From Alphaproteobacteria bacterium (lineage in GTDB: Bacteria; Pseudomonadota; Alphaproteobacteria; SP197): a stretch of 64,000 bases of DNA. Positions 10,693-20,642 of this stretch are shown here, in pieces. Location: NCBI GenBank assembly GCA_965228895.1, contig OZ245842.1:1792001-1856000 (forward strand), in the 5' to 3' direction. Below the pieces are notes generated by a model. That model did no database searches. It had not been told where the DNA came from and saw only the letters and a list, made by a program, of their open reading frames with translations. Position 1 is the first letter of the stretch, and each line of letters starts with the position of its first letter. Both the position numbers and the translations under genes were made by a program.

Positions 10693-12035
10693 GTGTCGTC
10701 ACGCGTTTTGCGCCCAGCCCGACCGGCCGGCTTCATGTCGGCAACATCCGCACGGCGCTGATGAACTGGCTGATCGCGCGCCAGGCTGGTGGCACGTTTA
10801 TCCTGCGCCTGGACGATACCGACGCCGAACGGTCGACCGACGCCTATGCCGAGGGCATCCGCGACGACATGACCTGGCTCGGCCTGACGTGGGACTCCGA
10901 GGCCCGGCAGTCCGAGCGCATGGCACGCTACGAAGCCGCACGCGCCAAACTCGCCGACATGGGCCGCCTTTACCCCTGCTACGAGACGCCGGAGGAGTTG
11001 GAGACCCAGCGCAAGCTGCTGCGCGCCCGCGGACTGCCTCCGGTCTATGACCGCGGTGCACTTGCGCTGAGTGATGAGGACAAGGCGCGTCTCGAAACCG
11101 AAGGGCGGCAACCACACTGGCGTTTCCTTCTCGACGACAAGCCCATGGAGTTTGAGGATCTGATACGCGGCCCCGTCAGTTTCGAACCGGGCCATGTCAG
11201 CGATCCCGTGCTGATGCGCGAGAACGGCGTGCCCACTTACACGCTGGCCTCGGCCGTCGATGATATCGACATGGGCGTGACCCATGTGGTGCGTGGTGAG
11301 GATCACGTTGCCAACACCGCTGTCCAGATTGATCTGATTGCCGCGCTTGGCGGCGCGCCCATTCAGTTCGGTCACCATCCCCTTTTGACCGAGGCGTCCG
11401 GCGAAGGGCTCAGCAAACGCAAGGGCGGTGCGTCAATTGCCGAGCTGCGCGATGAGGGTCTGGAGCCGCTCGTGGTCCTGAGTTTCCTGGGCCGCCTCGG
11501 CACGTCCGACCCGATCGAGCCGTTGCATGCGATGCAGGCGTTGATCGATGGCTTTGCGTTCTCGAAGATCTCACGCAATCCGCCGCGCTACGACCCCGAG
11601 GAACTGCGCGCGCTGAATGCCAAGTGGCTGCACGAAGCTTCGTTTGATGATGTCGCCGAGCAGCTTAAGGCGCTTGGCCTGAACACGGTTGATGCGGCGT
11701 TCTGGCAGGCGGTGCAGGGCAATCTTCAGCGCCTGACGGATCTGGGCGCCTGGTGGGAGATCTGCAGGGAGCCGATCGACCCGGGCGTGTATCCCGAAGA
11801 CGCCGCGTTTGTGCGGAATGCTGCCGACCTGCTGCCGGCCGAACCCTGGGATGAGACGACATGGGGTGTTTGGACCGGTGCGCTTAAGGAGAAAACCGGA
11901 CGCAAGGGACGGTCTTTGTTCATGCCGCTCCGTCTTGCGTTAACCGGCTTGGAGCACGGTCCGGAGCTGAAATCTCTGCTGCCTTTTATCGGCCGCGAGC
12001 GGGCGCGTGAGCGGTTGACGGGTCATGTGGCGTAG
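10689..12035 (+). CDS. gltX: Glutamate--tRNA ligase
   Basis: TRFAPSPTG, HVGN, LSKR motifs; ATGA overlap with nadE. Confidence 0.94.
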   Translation: MSVVTRFAPSPTGRLHVGNIRTALMNWLIARQAGGTFILRLDDTDAERSTDAYAEGIRDDMTWLGLTWDSEARQSERMARYEAARAKLADMGRLYPCYETPEELETQRKLLRARGLPPVYDRGALALSDEDKARLETEGRQPHWRFLLDDKPMEFEDLIRGPVSFEPGHVSDPVLMRENGVPTYTLASAVDDIDMGVTHVVRGEDHVANTAVQIDLIAALGGAPIQFGHHPLLTEASGEGLSKRKGGASIAELRDEGLEPLVVLSFLGRLGTSDPIEPLHAMQALIDGFAFSKISRNPPRYDPEELRALNAKWLHEASFDDVAEQLKALGLNTVDAAFWQAVQGNLQRLTDLGAWWEICREPIDPGVYPEDAAFVRNAADLLPAEPWDETTWGVWTGALKEKTGRKGRSLFMPLRLALTGLEHGPELKSLLPFIGRERARERLTGHVA

Positions 12036-12056
12036 GGGACGCATGACCCCATTACG

Positions 12057-12085
12057 TTGCCTCCGAGGCCCAACGGGTCTATATA
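12057..12085 (+). promoter_or_regulatory. Putative sigma70 promoter of the cysS leader
   Basis: TTGCCT-17 bp-TATATA. Confidence 0.5.
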
Positions 12086-12094
12086 GCCCGCGTT

Positions 12095-12148
12095 ATGGAA
12101 CGGATGTCCCAGCGATGTTGCAAAGCAGTCGGGCGAATTATCGCCTGA
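12095..12148 (+). CDS. Putative Cys-containing leader peptide MERMSQRCCKAVGRIIA
   Basis: 17-codon ORF with tandem TGT TGC codons ending 68 nt before cysS; overlaps an arm complementary to 12179-12192. Confidence 0.55.
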   Translation: MERMSQRCCKAVGRIIA

Positions 12149-12216
12149 CAGTCCTTGAAGGCCCGCGCTTGACGTGCGGCCCGACGCTTTGCCATTTCTG
12201 ATCGGGAACCGACCCC

Positions 12217-13587
12217 ATGACCGTCACGACACAGCTCAAACTCCACAATACGCTTGCTCGCGAAAAGCAGGTCTTCGAGCCGCTCGATGCCGACAATGTG
12301 CGGTTCTATGTCTGCGGCCCGACGGTCTACAGCCTGATCCACCTGGGCAACGCGCGGCCGCTGGTGGTCTTCGACGTGATGTTCCGGCTGTTGCGCCACG
12401 TCTATGGCCCCGACCACGTCACCTATGTCCGCAACATCACGGACGTCGAGGACAAGATCAACACAGCGGCTAAAGAGAACAACGAGCCGATTGACGCGCT
12501 GACCGCGCGCACCATCGTGCAGCTCCACAAGGATACGCAGGCGCTGAACTGCCTGGAGCCGAGCGCGGAGCCGCGCGCAACGCAGCATATCGACGGCATG
12601 ATTGCGATGATCGAAAATCTGATCGCGAAGGGTCACGCGTATGAAGCCGAAGGTCACGTGCTGTTCGACGTGCAGTCGTGGCCGGATTACGGCCAGCTCT
12701 CGGGCAACAGCCGCGACGAGATCGTCGCGGGCGCGCGTGTCGAGGTTGCGCCTTACAAACGCGATGCCGCGGACTTCGTGCTGTGGAAACCGTCGAGCGA
12801 CGATCTGCCCGGCTGGGATAGTCCGTGGGGTCGCGGCCGGCCGGGCTGGCACATCGAATGCTCGGCGATGAGCCTGGCCCATCTGGGCGCGACGTTCGAC
12901 ATCCACGGCGGCGGGCGTGACCTGATCTTTCCACACCATGAAAACGAGATCGCACAGACGCTATGCGGTGTCGAGAACGCGGGTTTCGCGCGCTACTGGA
13001 TGCATAATGGGTTTCTCGTGGTGAACGGCGAGAAGATGGCGAAGTCGCTCGGCAATTTCTTCACCGTCCGCGAGCTACTCGAAGATTGGCCGGGTGAGGT
13101 GCTGCGTTATGCGTTGCTCAGCACCCACTACCGCCAGCCGCTGGATTTCACTATGGACGGCCTTGGCCAGGCGCGTTTGTCGCTCAACCGGTTCTATAAC
13201 GCCATGCGTCACGCTGGCGAGCCCGGGACTGGCGAGGTGCCGGCGAAGGTGCGCGACGCCCTGGCCGATGACCTCAACACGCCCTTGGCGTTGAGCCATC
13301 TGCACGAACTGGCCGATCGTGTCTTCAAGGGCGACAACGAGGCGGCGATGGCGTTGAGAGCGGGCGGCAACATGCTCGGTCTGTTGCGGGAAACCGCAGC
13401 GGACTGGTTTGTCGGCGGCGCGGACGAAGATGTCGTCGCGTCGATCGAGGCGCGCCTTGCGGCGCGTGTCGCGGCGCGCAAAGCGAAAGACTTTGCCGAA
13501 GCCGACCGCATTCGCGACGAACTCCAGGCCGAAGGCATCGAGCTGGAAGACGGGCCCGACGGCACCACGTGGCGGCGAGTCCGATGA
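12217..13587 (+). CDS. cysS: Cysteine--tRNA ligase
   Basis: [29 protein letters not shown]. Confidence 0.97.
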   Translation: MTVTTQLKLHNTLAREKQVFEPLDADNVRFYVCGPTVYSLIHLGNARPLVVFDVMFRLLRHVYGPDHVTYVRNITDVEDKINTAAKENNEPIDALTARTIVQLHKDTQALNCLEPSAEPRATQHIDGMIAMIENLIAKGHAYEAEGHVLFDVQSWPDYGQLSGNSRDEIVAGARVEVAPYKRDAADFVLWKPSSDDLPGWDSPWGRGRPGWHIECSAMSLAHLGATFDIHGGGRDLIFPHHENEIAQTLCGVENAGFARYWMHNGFLVVNGEKMAKSLGNFFTVRELLEDWPGEVLRYALLSTHYRQPLDFTMDGLGQARLSLNRFYNAMRHAGEPGTGEVPAKVRDALADDLNTPLALSHLHELADRVFKGDNEAAMALRAGGNMLGLLRETAADWFVGGADEDVVASIEARLAARVAARKAKDFAEADRIRDELQAEGIELEDGPDGTTWRRVR

Positions 13588-15176
13588 GCGGCGAGCGCGT
13601 CTATCTGTTCGACACGACCCTGCGCGACGGGGCGCAGACCCGCGGTGTCGACTTCTCGGTCTCAGAGAAGGTGCAGATTGCCGCGGCGTTGGACGAACTC
13701 GGCATCGACTATGTCGAAGGTGGATGGCCCGGCGCCAACCCGACCGATGATGCCTTCTTCGCCGCACCGCCCCAACTTAAGGCCGCAACGCTGACCGCCT
13801 TTGGCATGACGCGGCGGCCCGGCCGCAGCGTCGACAATGATCCGGGCGTGCAGGCAGTGATGCAGGCCAAGACGCCGGCGATCTGTCTGGTCGGCAAGTC
13901 CTGGGACTTCCATGTCGATGTCGCCCTGGAGATCACCAAGGACGAGAACGTCGCCATGATCGCCGACTCAATGGCGCATGCCGTCGCGGATGGGCGCGAG
14001 GCGATGTTCGACGCCGAGCATTTTTTTGATGGTTACAAGTCCGACCCTGGTTTCGTCCTGTCGTGTCTGCAGGCGGCCCTCGACGCCGGCGCCCGCTGGG
14101 TCGTGCTGTGCGACACCAACGGTGGCACGTTGCCCAGCGAAGTCGGACGTATCGTTACCGACGTCACGGCCAAGCTGCCGCACGACAAGATCGGGATCCA
14201 CGCCCACAACGACACCGGCAATGCCGTTGCCAACACGCTGGTGGCCGTCGAGGCAGGCGCGCGCCAAGTGCAGGGCACGCTGAACGGCCTGGGTGAGCGA
14301 TGCGGAAATGCTGACCTGATCACGGTGCTGCCGACCTTGGCGCTGAAATCGGACTACGAGCTGGGCGTCACCGACACGCAGCTGGCCCATGTCACGCGCA
14401 TCTCGCGCATGTTGGACGAACTGCTGAACCGTGCGCCCGACCGCCATGCGCCTTATGTCGGCGCGTCAGCCTTTGCCCACAAAGGCGGGCTGCACGTTTC
14501 TGCCGTCCTCAAGGACCCGCGGACCTACGAGCATATCGAGCCGGAGCGGGTCGGCAACGCGCGTCATATCGTCGTCTCCGACCAGTCCGGCCGGGCCAAT
14601 GTGCTGGCGCGCCTCGCTGAGGCTGGCATGGTGGTCGACCCCGATCACAACAAGCTGCCGCGCCTGATCGAAGAGGTGAAGGCGCGCGAGTTCGAGGGCT
14701 ATACCTATGACGGCGCCGAGGCGAGCTTTGAGCTGTTGGCCCGGCGTACCCTTGAAAGCGTGCCGGATTACTTTGAGGTCGACAGTTTCCGCGTCCTGGT
14801 CGAGCGCCGCTTCAACGCGCTCGGCAAACTGGTCACCCTGTCGGAAGCGACGGTCAAGATCGTCATCGACGATCAACGGCTCTTGTCCGTCGCCGAAGGC
14901 AACGGTCCGGTCGACGCCCTCAACGTGGCGCTCAGGAAGGACCTCGGCAAGTATTCGGAATACCTGCACGACTGCCGCCTGGTCGACTACAAGGTCAGGA
15001 TTTTGAGCCCGCAGGCCGGTACCGCCGCGGTCACGCGCGTCATGATCGAAAGCGCCGACGAGGCGGGTACGCGCTGGTCGACGGTCGGTTTGTCGACCAA
15101 CATCATCGATGCGTCGTTCCAGGCGCTGACCGACAGCATCCGTTACAAGCTGATGCGCGACAACGCGCCGGCCTGA
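13584..15176 (+). CDS. cimA: Citramalate synthase (LeuA-like)
   Basis: DTTLRDGAQ, EHFFDGY, HAHND, GERCGNA, GNGPV regulatory domain. Confidence 0.9.
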   Translation: MSGERVYLFDTTLRDGAQTRGVDFSVSEKVQIAAALDELGIDYVEGGWPGANPTDDAFFAAPPQLKAATLTAFGMTRRPGRSVDNDPGVQAVMQAKTPAICLVGKSWDFHVDVALEITKDENVAMIADSMAHAVADGREAMFDAEHFFDGYKSDPGFVLSCLQAALDAGARWVVLCDTNGGTLPSEVGRIVTDVTAKLPHDKIGIHAHNDTGNAVANTLVAVEAGARQVQGTLNGLGERCGNADLITVLPTLALKSDYELGVTDTQLAHVTRISRMLDELLNRAPDRHAPYVGASAFAHKGGLHVSAVLKDPRTYEHIEPERVGNARHIVVSDQSGRANVLARLAEAGMVVDPDHNKLPRLIEEVKAREFEGYTYDGAEASFELLARRTLESVPDYFEVDSFRVLVERRFNALGKLVTLSEATVKIVIDDQRLLSVAEGNGPVDALNVALRKDLGKYSEYLHDCRLVDYKVRILSPQAGTAAVTRVMIESADEAGTRWSTVGLSTNIIDASFQALTDSIRYKLMRDNAPA

Positions 15177-15182
15177 CACCCG

Positions 15183-15944
15183 ATGCCGTCATCGCCGCCC
15201 GCGATCATTCTGGTCCGCCCGCAAATGGGCGAGAACATCGGTGCGGCGGCCCGCGCCATGATGAACTTCGGCCTGACCGATATGCGGATCGTCGCGCCGC
15301 GCGACGGCTGGCCCAACCCGGCCGCCGAAGCCATGGCGGCCAGTGCCGTGTCGATCCTGGCCGATGCCCGGCTGTTCGACACCGCCGCCGAGGCGGTGGC
15401 CGATCTCGCCCACCTCTGGGCGACGACAGCACGCCAGCGCTACATGCTGAAACCCAGCCACACGCCGCGCCACGCCGCCGGTCTGATGCACATGGGCGCC
15501 CGCCACCAGGAAGCCAGCGGTATCCTGTTCGGACCCGAGCGCACCGGCCTCGATAACGACGAGGTGGCGTTGGCCCACGCGGTTCTGAATATCCCGGCGA
15601 ACCCTCAGATGAACTCGCTCAATCTTGCGCAGGCCGTTCTGCTGGCGGGCTACGAGTGGTTCCAGGCGGCCGACGAAACGCCCGGCGAGACGCTGCGCGA
15701 AGGCAAGACTAGGCCGGCGAACGCCGAGGAGCTTGAGGGTTTCTTCGATCACCTGATCGGCGAACTCGATACCTGCGGTTTCCTGCGCAACCAGCAGCAT
15801 CGCCCGATCATGGTGCGCAACATCCGCAACATGTTCCTGCGCGCCGGTCTGTTCGAACAGGAAGTCCGGACCCTGCGTGGCATCGTGAGCTGTCTGGTGA
15901 ACGGCCGCCGTCCCCTGCCGCACGATGACGGGGAAGGGGCATGA
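15183..15944 (+). CDS. trmJ: TrmJ/LasT-type SPOUT RNA methyltransferase
   Basis: GENIGAAARAMMNFG, FGPERTGL, SLNLAQAV. Confidence 0.88.
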   Translation: MPSSPPAIILVRPQMGENIGAAARAMMNFGLTDMRIVAPRDGWPNPAAEAMAASAVSILADARLFDTAAEAVADLAHLWATTARQRYMLKPSHTPRHAAGLMHMGARHQEASGILFGPERTGLDNDEVALAHAVLNIPANPQMNSLNLAQAVLLAGYEWFQAADETPGETLREGKTRPANAEELEGFFDHLIGELDTCGFLRNQQHRPIMVRNIRNMFLRAGLFEQEVRTLRGIVSCLVNGRRPLPHDDGEGA

Positions 15945-16717
15945 AATCCCGGTGTTTGCTTCCGCTCGTCGTTCTGCTGGCGCTCGGCTCCTGCGCGGCG
16001 TCGTGGATGCAGTTCAAATCGGTGCCGCCCGATGGTGGCCAACCGGAGACGGTGACCGGCCTGTTGCGCGTGCCGGACGGCGGTGGCCGCCATCCCGCTG
16101 TTGTGCTGCTGCCCGACTGTGATGGCGTCGGCCCGCACGAGCGCCGGTGGGGTCGTGATCTGGCTGAGGCCGGCTACGTCAGCTACGTCATCGACCACCA
16201 TTTCACGCGCGGAGGCGGCGAGCGATGTGCCGATCCGCTGGACCCGGCTGTGCTGCTGGGCGACGCCCAGGGAGCTCTGGAGAAGCTGGCCGGCGAAGAC
16301 TATGTCGACGCCGAGCGTTTGGCGGTGATCGGCTGGGCCAACGGCGGTGACATCGCCCTAGACCTGGTCGCCGCTTCCGAACTGCTGCCCGGCACCGAGG
16401 GCGTGCGGATGGTGGCGGCTTTCTATCCGACCTGTGAAGGGGCGGGTTACCTCCGCGAGGAAGCCCTGATCATCCTGCCCGATCAGTATCCCGCAGCCGT
16501 GGCATGCCGCGCCTATGCCGAATCGCAGGCTGGCGGCGGCGAAGCGCCGGTCCGGCTGGTTCCGGTTCCGGGCGCCGAAGCGGGTTTCGATTGCCGGATA
16601 TGTCCGGATGGCTACAGGGGCCAGGACGATGTCTATGACCCCGCCCAGACCGAGCGGATCCGCCAGGTTCTGTTGGATGAGCTGGATCGCCTGATCGGCC
16701 CCGATTCGGCCCCTTAG
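15941..16717 (+). CDS. Exported dienelactone hydrolase family protein
   Basis: Signal/lipobox-like N-terminus; [19 protein letters not shown]. Confidence 0.7.
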   Translation: MKSRCLLPLVVLLALGSCAASWMQFKSVPPDGGQPETVTGLLRVPDGGGRHPAVVLLPDCDGVGPHERRWGRDLAEAGYVSYVIDHHFTRGGGERCADPLDPAVLLGDAQGALEKLAGEDYVDAERLAVIGWANGGDIALDLVAASELLPGTEGVRMVAAFYPTCEGAGYLREEALIILPDQYPAAVACRAYAESQAGGGEAPVRLVPVPGAEAGFDCRICPDGYRGQDDVYDPAQTERIRQVLLDELDRLIGPDSAP

Positions 16718-16746
16718 ATGGCAACCGAAACACTCCGGAAAGCTGT

Positions 16747-16775
16747 TTGACATTGGCGGGCCAGGGGACTACAAC
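16747..16775 (+). promoter_or_regulatory. Putative sigma70 promoter of rpsD
   Basis: TTGACA-17 bp-TACAAC. Confidence 0.6.
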
Positions 16776-16835
16776 CCGCCAGCGCTCCGCAGGACGGGGC
16801 GTTATCCGTTTTTATGGCTTAGAACCAAGGCGTCC

Positions 16836-17456
16836 ATGACGAAACGTCTGTCATCGAAGTACAAGATTTGCCGCCGCCACGGCGTCAATCTCTGGGGCCG
16901 GCCCAAGAGCCCGACCAACAAGCGCGACTACGGCCCCGGCCAGCATGGCCAGGGACGCCGCCGCAAGCCGACTGACTATGGCGTGCAGCTTGCCGCCAAG
17001 CAGAAGCTGAAGGGCTACTACGGCAATATCACCGAGCGCCAGTTCCGGCGCACGTTCGAAGAGGCCTATAAGCGCCGGGGCGATACGATCGAGAACCTGA
17101 TCGGCCTGCTTGAGCGCCGCCTGGACATCGTGATCTACCGCATGAAGTTCGTGCCGACCGTGTTTGCCGCGCGCCAGTTCGTCAATCACGGCCACATCCA
17201 CGTCAACGGCAAGAGGGTCACGATCCCCAGCTACCGCGTGGCGCCGGGTGATGTCATCGAAGTTAAGCAGAAATCCCAGGAACTGCCCCTGGTTCTGGAA
17301 GCCGTCGCGTCGAGCGAGCGCGATGTGCCCGAATACATGGCCGTCGATTTCGACAAAATGAACGGCACCTATGTGCGGGTCCCGACCTTTGTGGAGGTAC
17401 CGTACCCCGTACAGATGGAGCCGAACCTGGTGGTCGAGTTTTATTCGAGCGGTTGA
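16836..17456 (+). CDS. rpsD: 30S ribosomal protein S4
   Basis: [32 protein letters not shown]. Confidence 0.98.
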   Translation: MTKRLSSKYKICRRHGVNLWGRPKSPTNKRDYGPGQHGQGRRRKPTDYGVQLAAKQKLKGYYGNITERQFRRTFEEAYKRRGDTIENLIGLLERRLDIVIYRMKFVPTVFAARQFVNHGHIHVNGKRVTIPSYRVAPGDVIEVKQKSQELPLVLEAVASSERDVPEYMAVDFDKMNGTYVRVPTFVEVPYPVQMEPNLVVEFYSSG

Positions 17457-17477
17457 TCGCTCAAGAGATTCAAGACC

Positions 17478-17512
17478 AGGGCCGCGGCTCCCGATGGGAC
17501 CGCGGCCCTTTT
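17478..17512 (+). terminator. Intrinsic terminator of rpsD
   Basis: AGGGCCGCGG/CCGCGGCCCT stem followed by T residues. Confidence 0.75.
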
Positions 17513-17532
17513 CGTTGGGGGAGGGATCAACG

Positions 17533-17889
17533 GTGGCAGACGATAGTGGGCTTCAGGGCGCGGCCCTGCTTTACATGGTGCGCTCCTGGGTCGATCCGGA
17601 GTTGGGCCAGCCTTATCTGGACTGGCTTGAGGCCAAACACATGGCCGAGGTGTGCGCGGAGCCGGGTTTCCTGTGGGCGCGCAAGGTCGAACTCGACCAG
17701 ACCGATTGTTCGGGCTGGAAGGGCTATCTGCTCGTCTACGGCCTCGCCGACCGCGCATCGCTTGACGCCTATATGAAGAGTCCCGCGCGCGACGGTTTCT
17801 GGAAGGAATTGGAGGCGTTCGAGGAGATCCATTATTCCGAACGTTTCTTCGGGGCCATGGACTTCGCCACGGCAGCGGCCGGCTCCTAA
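17533..17889 (+). CDS. Small hypothetical protein (dimeric alpha/beta barrel, DUF4286/EthD-like)
   Basis: GTG start after GGAGGG; YLDWLEAKHMAEV..PGF pattern. Confidence 0.65.
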   Translation: MADDSGLQGAALLYMVRSWVDPELGQPYLDWLEAKHMAEVCAEPGFLWARKVELDQTDCSGWKGYLLVYGLADRASLDAYMKSPARDGFWKELEAFEEIHYSERFFGAMDFATAAAGS

Positions 17890-17893
17890 ACGA

Positions 17894-17928
17894 AGAGAAC
17901 CCCGCCACGGGGGGTGGCGAGGTCCTCT
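17894..17928. terminator. Hairpin between convergent genes
   Basis: AGAGAACCCCGCCAC / GTGGCGAGGTCCTCT imperfect stem. Confidence 0.55.
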
Positions 17929-17951
17929 AGTTGGTTCGACTGAAAGAGTCT

Positions 17952-19064
17952 TTAGAAACCGGCGGTGACTTCCGCCCAGTCCCGTTCGATGGCTTCGTTC
18001 TGTGCGGGGTCGACCATCAGCACGAAGACGCCGCGGTCGAGCATGCCCATCACATCACGCGATAGACCACGCGCTGCCAGCTCTTCGTCGCTGAACAGTT
18101 CATAGGTCTTGACGTTCGAATGGCCATAGCCGTATTCGCCGGTGATGAATTCGCCGGCGCTGGGATCGAGCATGGCGTCGATCAGGTCGTGCGCCTTGTC
18201 GTAGTGCGGCGCGCCTTCGGCCAGAACCAGACCACAGACCCATGTCAACGCGCCTTCCTTCACATCGGCGAACCTGACCGGGATCTCCTGGGCGGACAGC
18301 TCCCACGGCGTACCGTTCCAGGTCATCGCGGCAACCACCTCGCCGGAAGCCAGCATTTGCTGCACGCTGGTCATGTCGCTGGTGTAGTTGCGCAAGAGCG
18401 GACGCTGCTGGCGTAGCAGCTCCATGACCTTGGCGCGGCCTTCGTCGGTTATGTTGTCCATGTCGATACCGGCATAAATGGCGGCACAAAACCAAGCATC
18501 CTCGGCCGCGTCCAGCATGGTCAGCTTGCCGGCATATTGCTCATCCCAAAGGATGCCCCAGCTTTCCTCTTCGACCTCGACCAGGTCGGTCCGGTAGGTG
18601 ATGGATGTCTGACCCCATTCGCACGGTGCGAAATAGTTGTCACCGTCGACGATGCTGCCCTCCAAGTTGGTCAGGGCAGGCACCATATCGGGCCAGTTCG
18701 ACAGGCGGGACGTGTCGATCGGCTGCAACAGGCCGGCGTCACGCCAGCGTACGATCGTGCTGCCCGCGCAGGGGTGGGTGACGTCGACCTGGAAACCCGA
18801 CCGCATCTTGGCGAAGGTCTCGGCATTGTCGCCGAACAGCGGTGTTTCCGGTTCTGCGCCATGCATTTCAACGTATTTCGGCCAGATCTCGGGAATGTCG
18901 TAGCCGGCCCAGGTGAAGTAGATGACCTCGCCATCCGCATCGGCCTTAGCGCCGGTTACGGGTGCGGCGACGGTCAGGATACCGGCGGCTGCCATGGCCT
19001 TGTTGAGGTCGCGCCGGTTTATGGCGCGGTCGCGAACCCGCGCAATAACATCATCAATGTGCAT
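17952..19064 (-). CDS. PotD/PotF-like ABC substrate-binding protein (Tat signal)
   Basis: INRRDL Tat motif; FTWAGY, LLQPIDTSRLSNW, KEGALTW. Confidence 0.87.
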   Translation of the reverse strand: MHIDDVIARVRDRAINRRDLNKAMAAAGILTVAAPVTGAKADADGEVIYFTWAGYDIPEIWPKYVEMHGAEPETPLFGDNAETFAKMRSGFQVDVTHPCAGSTIVRWRDAGLLQPIDTSRLSNWPDMVPALTNLEGSIVDGDNYFAPCEWGQTSITYRTDLVEVEEESWGILWDEQYAGKLTMLDAAEDAWFCAAIYAGIDMDNITDEGRAKVMELLRQQRPLLRNYTSDMTSVQQMLASGEVVAAMTWNGTPWELSAQEIPVRFADVKEGALTWVCGLVLAEGAPHYDKAHDLIDAMLDPSAGEFITGEYGYGHSNVKTYELFSDEELAARGLSRDVMGMLDRGVFVLMVDPAQNEAIERDWAEVTAGF

Positions 19065-19214
19065 GAAGGGTCTCCCAGATTTCTACGCTGTAGATTTAGG
19101 GAGACTAACATGGTCGTCGCGAATTGCACCAATCACTTCGATTTGGCCCGAATTTGCCTAGTTTGCGCCCGATTGGGGCCAATCTTGTGCTGATTTGGGT
19201 GAGATCGGGTGCGT

Positions 19215-20642
19215 TTACACCGTCACCCCATCGCCAAATCGGACGATCCGTTCGATCGTCCCGGCCAGATCGTCGTCCGTCGTGCGCGGGTTGATGGTGC
19301 AAAAGCGCAGGCAGGTGCGCCCGCCCAGCTCCGTTGACGTCACAAAGGCGTAGCCGTCCTCCAGCAGGGCATCGACGATGCGCCGGTGCACCCGGTCGAG
19401 CGTGGTGTCGTCCAGGCCATCGCGCAGGAAACGGAACGTCACGACGCCGATGGTGGCGGGCGTCACGATCTCGAAGCGGCCGCTTTCTTCCAGCATGGCC
19501 TGGGCGCGTTCGGCGATCTCGATGCCGCGTTCGACGGCGGCGCGGAAGGCTTCGGCGCCGAAGACCTTGAGCGACAGCCACAGCTTAAAGGCGCGCAGGC
19601 CGCGTGATAGTTGGACACTCCGTTCGGAGAAGTTCACCTCCTGCTCACCTGCGGCAACGTCCTGCAGGTATTCCGGGCTGCTTGCAAAGGTGCGGTCCAG
19701 AAGGCCTGGATGCCTGACGAACACGACACCCGCTTCGTATGGCTGGAACAGCCATTTGTGTGGGTCGATGACGACGCTGTCGGCGCGTTCCATGCCGGCG
19801 AGCAGGGCGCGTCCTTGGGGAACCAGGCTCGCCGCACCGCCATAGGCACCGTCGACATGCAGCCACATGTCATGCTGTGCCGCTAGATCAGCCAATTCAT
19901 TCAGCGGGTCGACGGCGCCGGTGTTGGTCGTGCCCGCGTTGCCGACCATGCAGAATGGACGGCGTCCGGCCGCCAGGTCGTCGTCAATTGCCGCCTTGAG
20001 CGCGGCCATGTCGATGCGGAAGTCGCCGTCGATGGCGATCGGGCGAAGCTGATCGCGGCGAAAACCCAGAATACGAAACCCGCGGGCGACCGAGCTGTGG
20101 GTCTGGCTGGCGCAATAGGCGACAGCGTTGTCCATGGCTTCGCCCAGTTTGGCCTCGCGTGCCGCGGCGATGCCGGTCAGATTGGCGACAGAACCGCCGC
20201 TGACGAAGATGCCTTCACAGTCGTCCGCCAGGCCGCACAGCTCCTTCAGCCACTCCAGCGTGGTCAACTCCAGCTCTGCCGGTCCCGGCGTCTCGCGCCA
20301 CAGGCTGGCGGCCGTGTTGTAGCCGGAGGTCATGATGTCGGCCATGGCGCCGACGAAATTCGACGGACCGGGCACGAAGGCGAGGAACCGGGGATGGGCA
20401 ATCTGGCCCATCGTCTCGAACACGTTGTCACGCGCGAAATCCAGAGCGTCTTGCCAATCGCCGGCGGCTTCCGGAAGGGGCTCGCGCAAGGTGGGACGCA
20501 GGTCCTCCAGCTCGACATGCACGGCGGCCGGTTTCTGCGGCAAATTGGTCCAGTGTTCGACCACCATGTCGACGGCGCGGTAGCCGAGCGCGCGCATCTC
20601 TTCCGGCGTCAGCTCCAGCCGTGCGGGATCGTTGGCCGTCAT
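19215..20642 (-). CDS. Group II PLP-dependent decarboxylase (AADC-like)
   Basis: HPRFLAFVP, SGGSVAN, HVDGAYG, DPHKW. Confidence 0.92.
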   Translation of the reverse strand: MTANDPARLELTPEEMRALGYRAVDMVVEHWTNLPQKPAAVHVELEDLRPTLREPLPEAAGDWQDALDFARDNVFETMGQIAHPRFLAFVPGPSNFVGAMADIMTSGYNTAASLWRETPGPAELELTTLEWLKELCGLADDCEGIFVSGGSVANLTGIAAAREAKLGEAMDNAVAYCASQTHSSVARGFRILGFRRDQLRPIAIDGDFRIDMAALKAAIDDDLAAGRRPFCMVGNAGTTNTGAVDPLNELADLAAQHDMWLHVDGAYGGAASLVPQGRALLAGMERADSVVIDPHKWLFQPYEAGVVFVRHPGLLDRTFASSPEYLQDVAAGEQEVNFSERSVQLSRGLRAFKLWLSLKVFGAEAFRAAVERGIEIAERAQAMLEESGRFEIVTPATIGVVTFRFLRDGLDDTTLDRVHRRIVDALLEDGYAFVTSTELGGRTCLRFCTINPRTTDDDLAGTIERIVRFGDGVTV

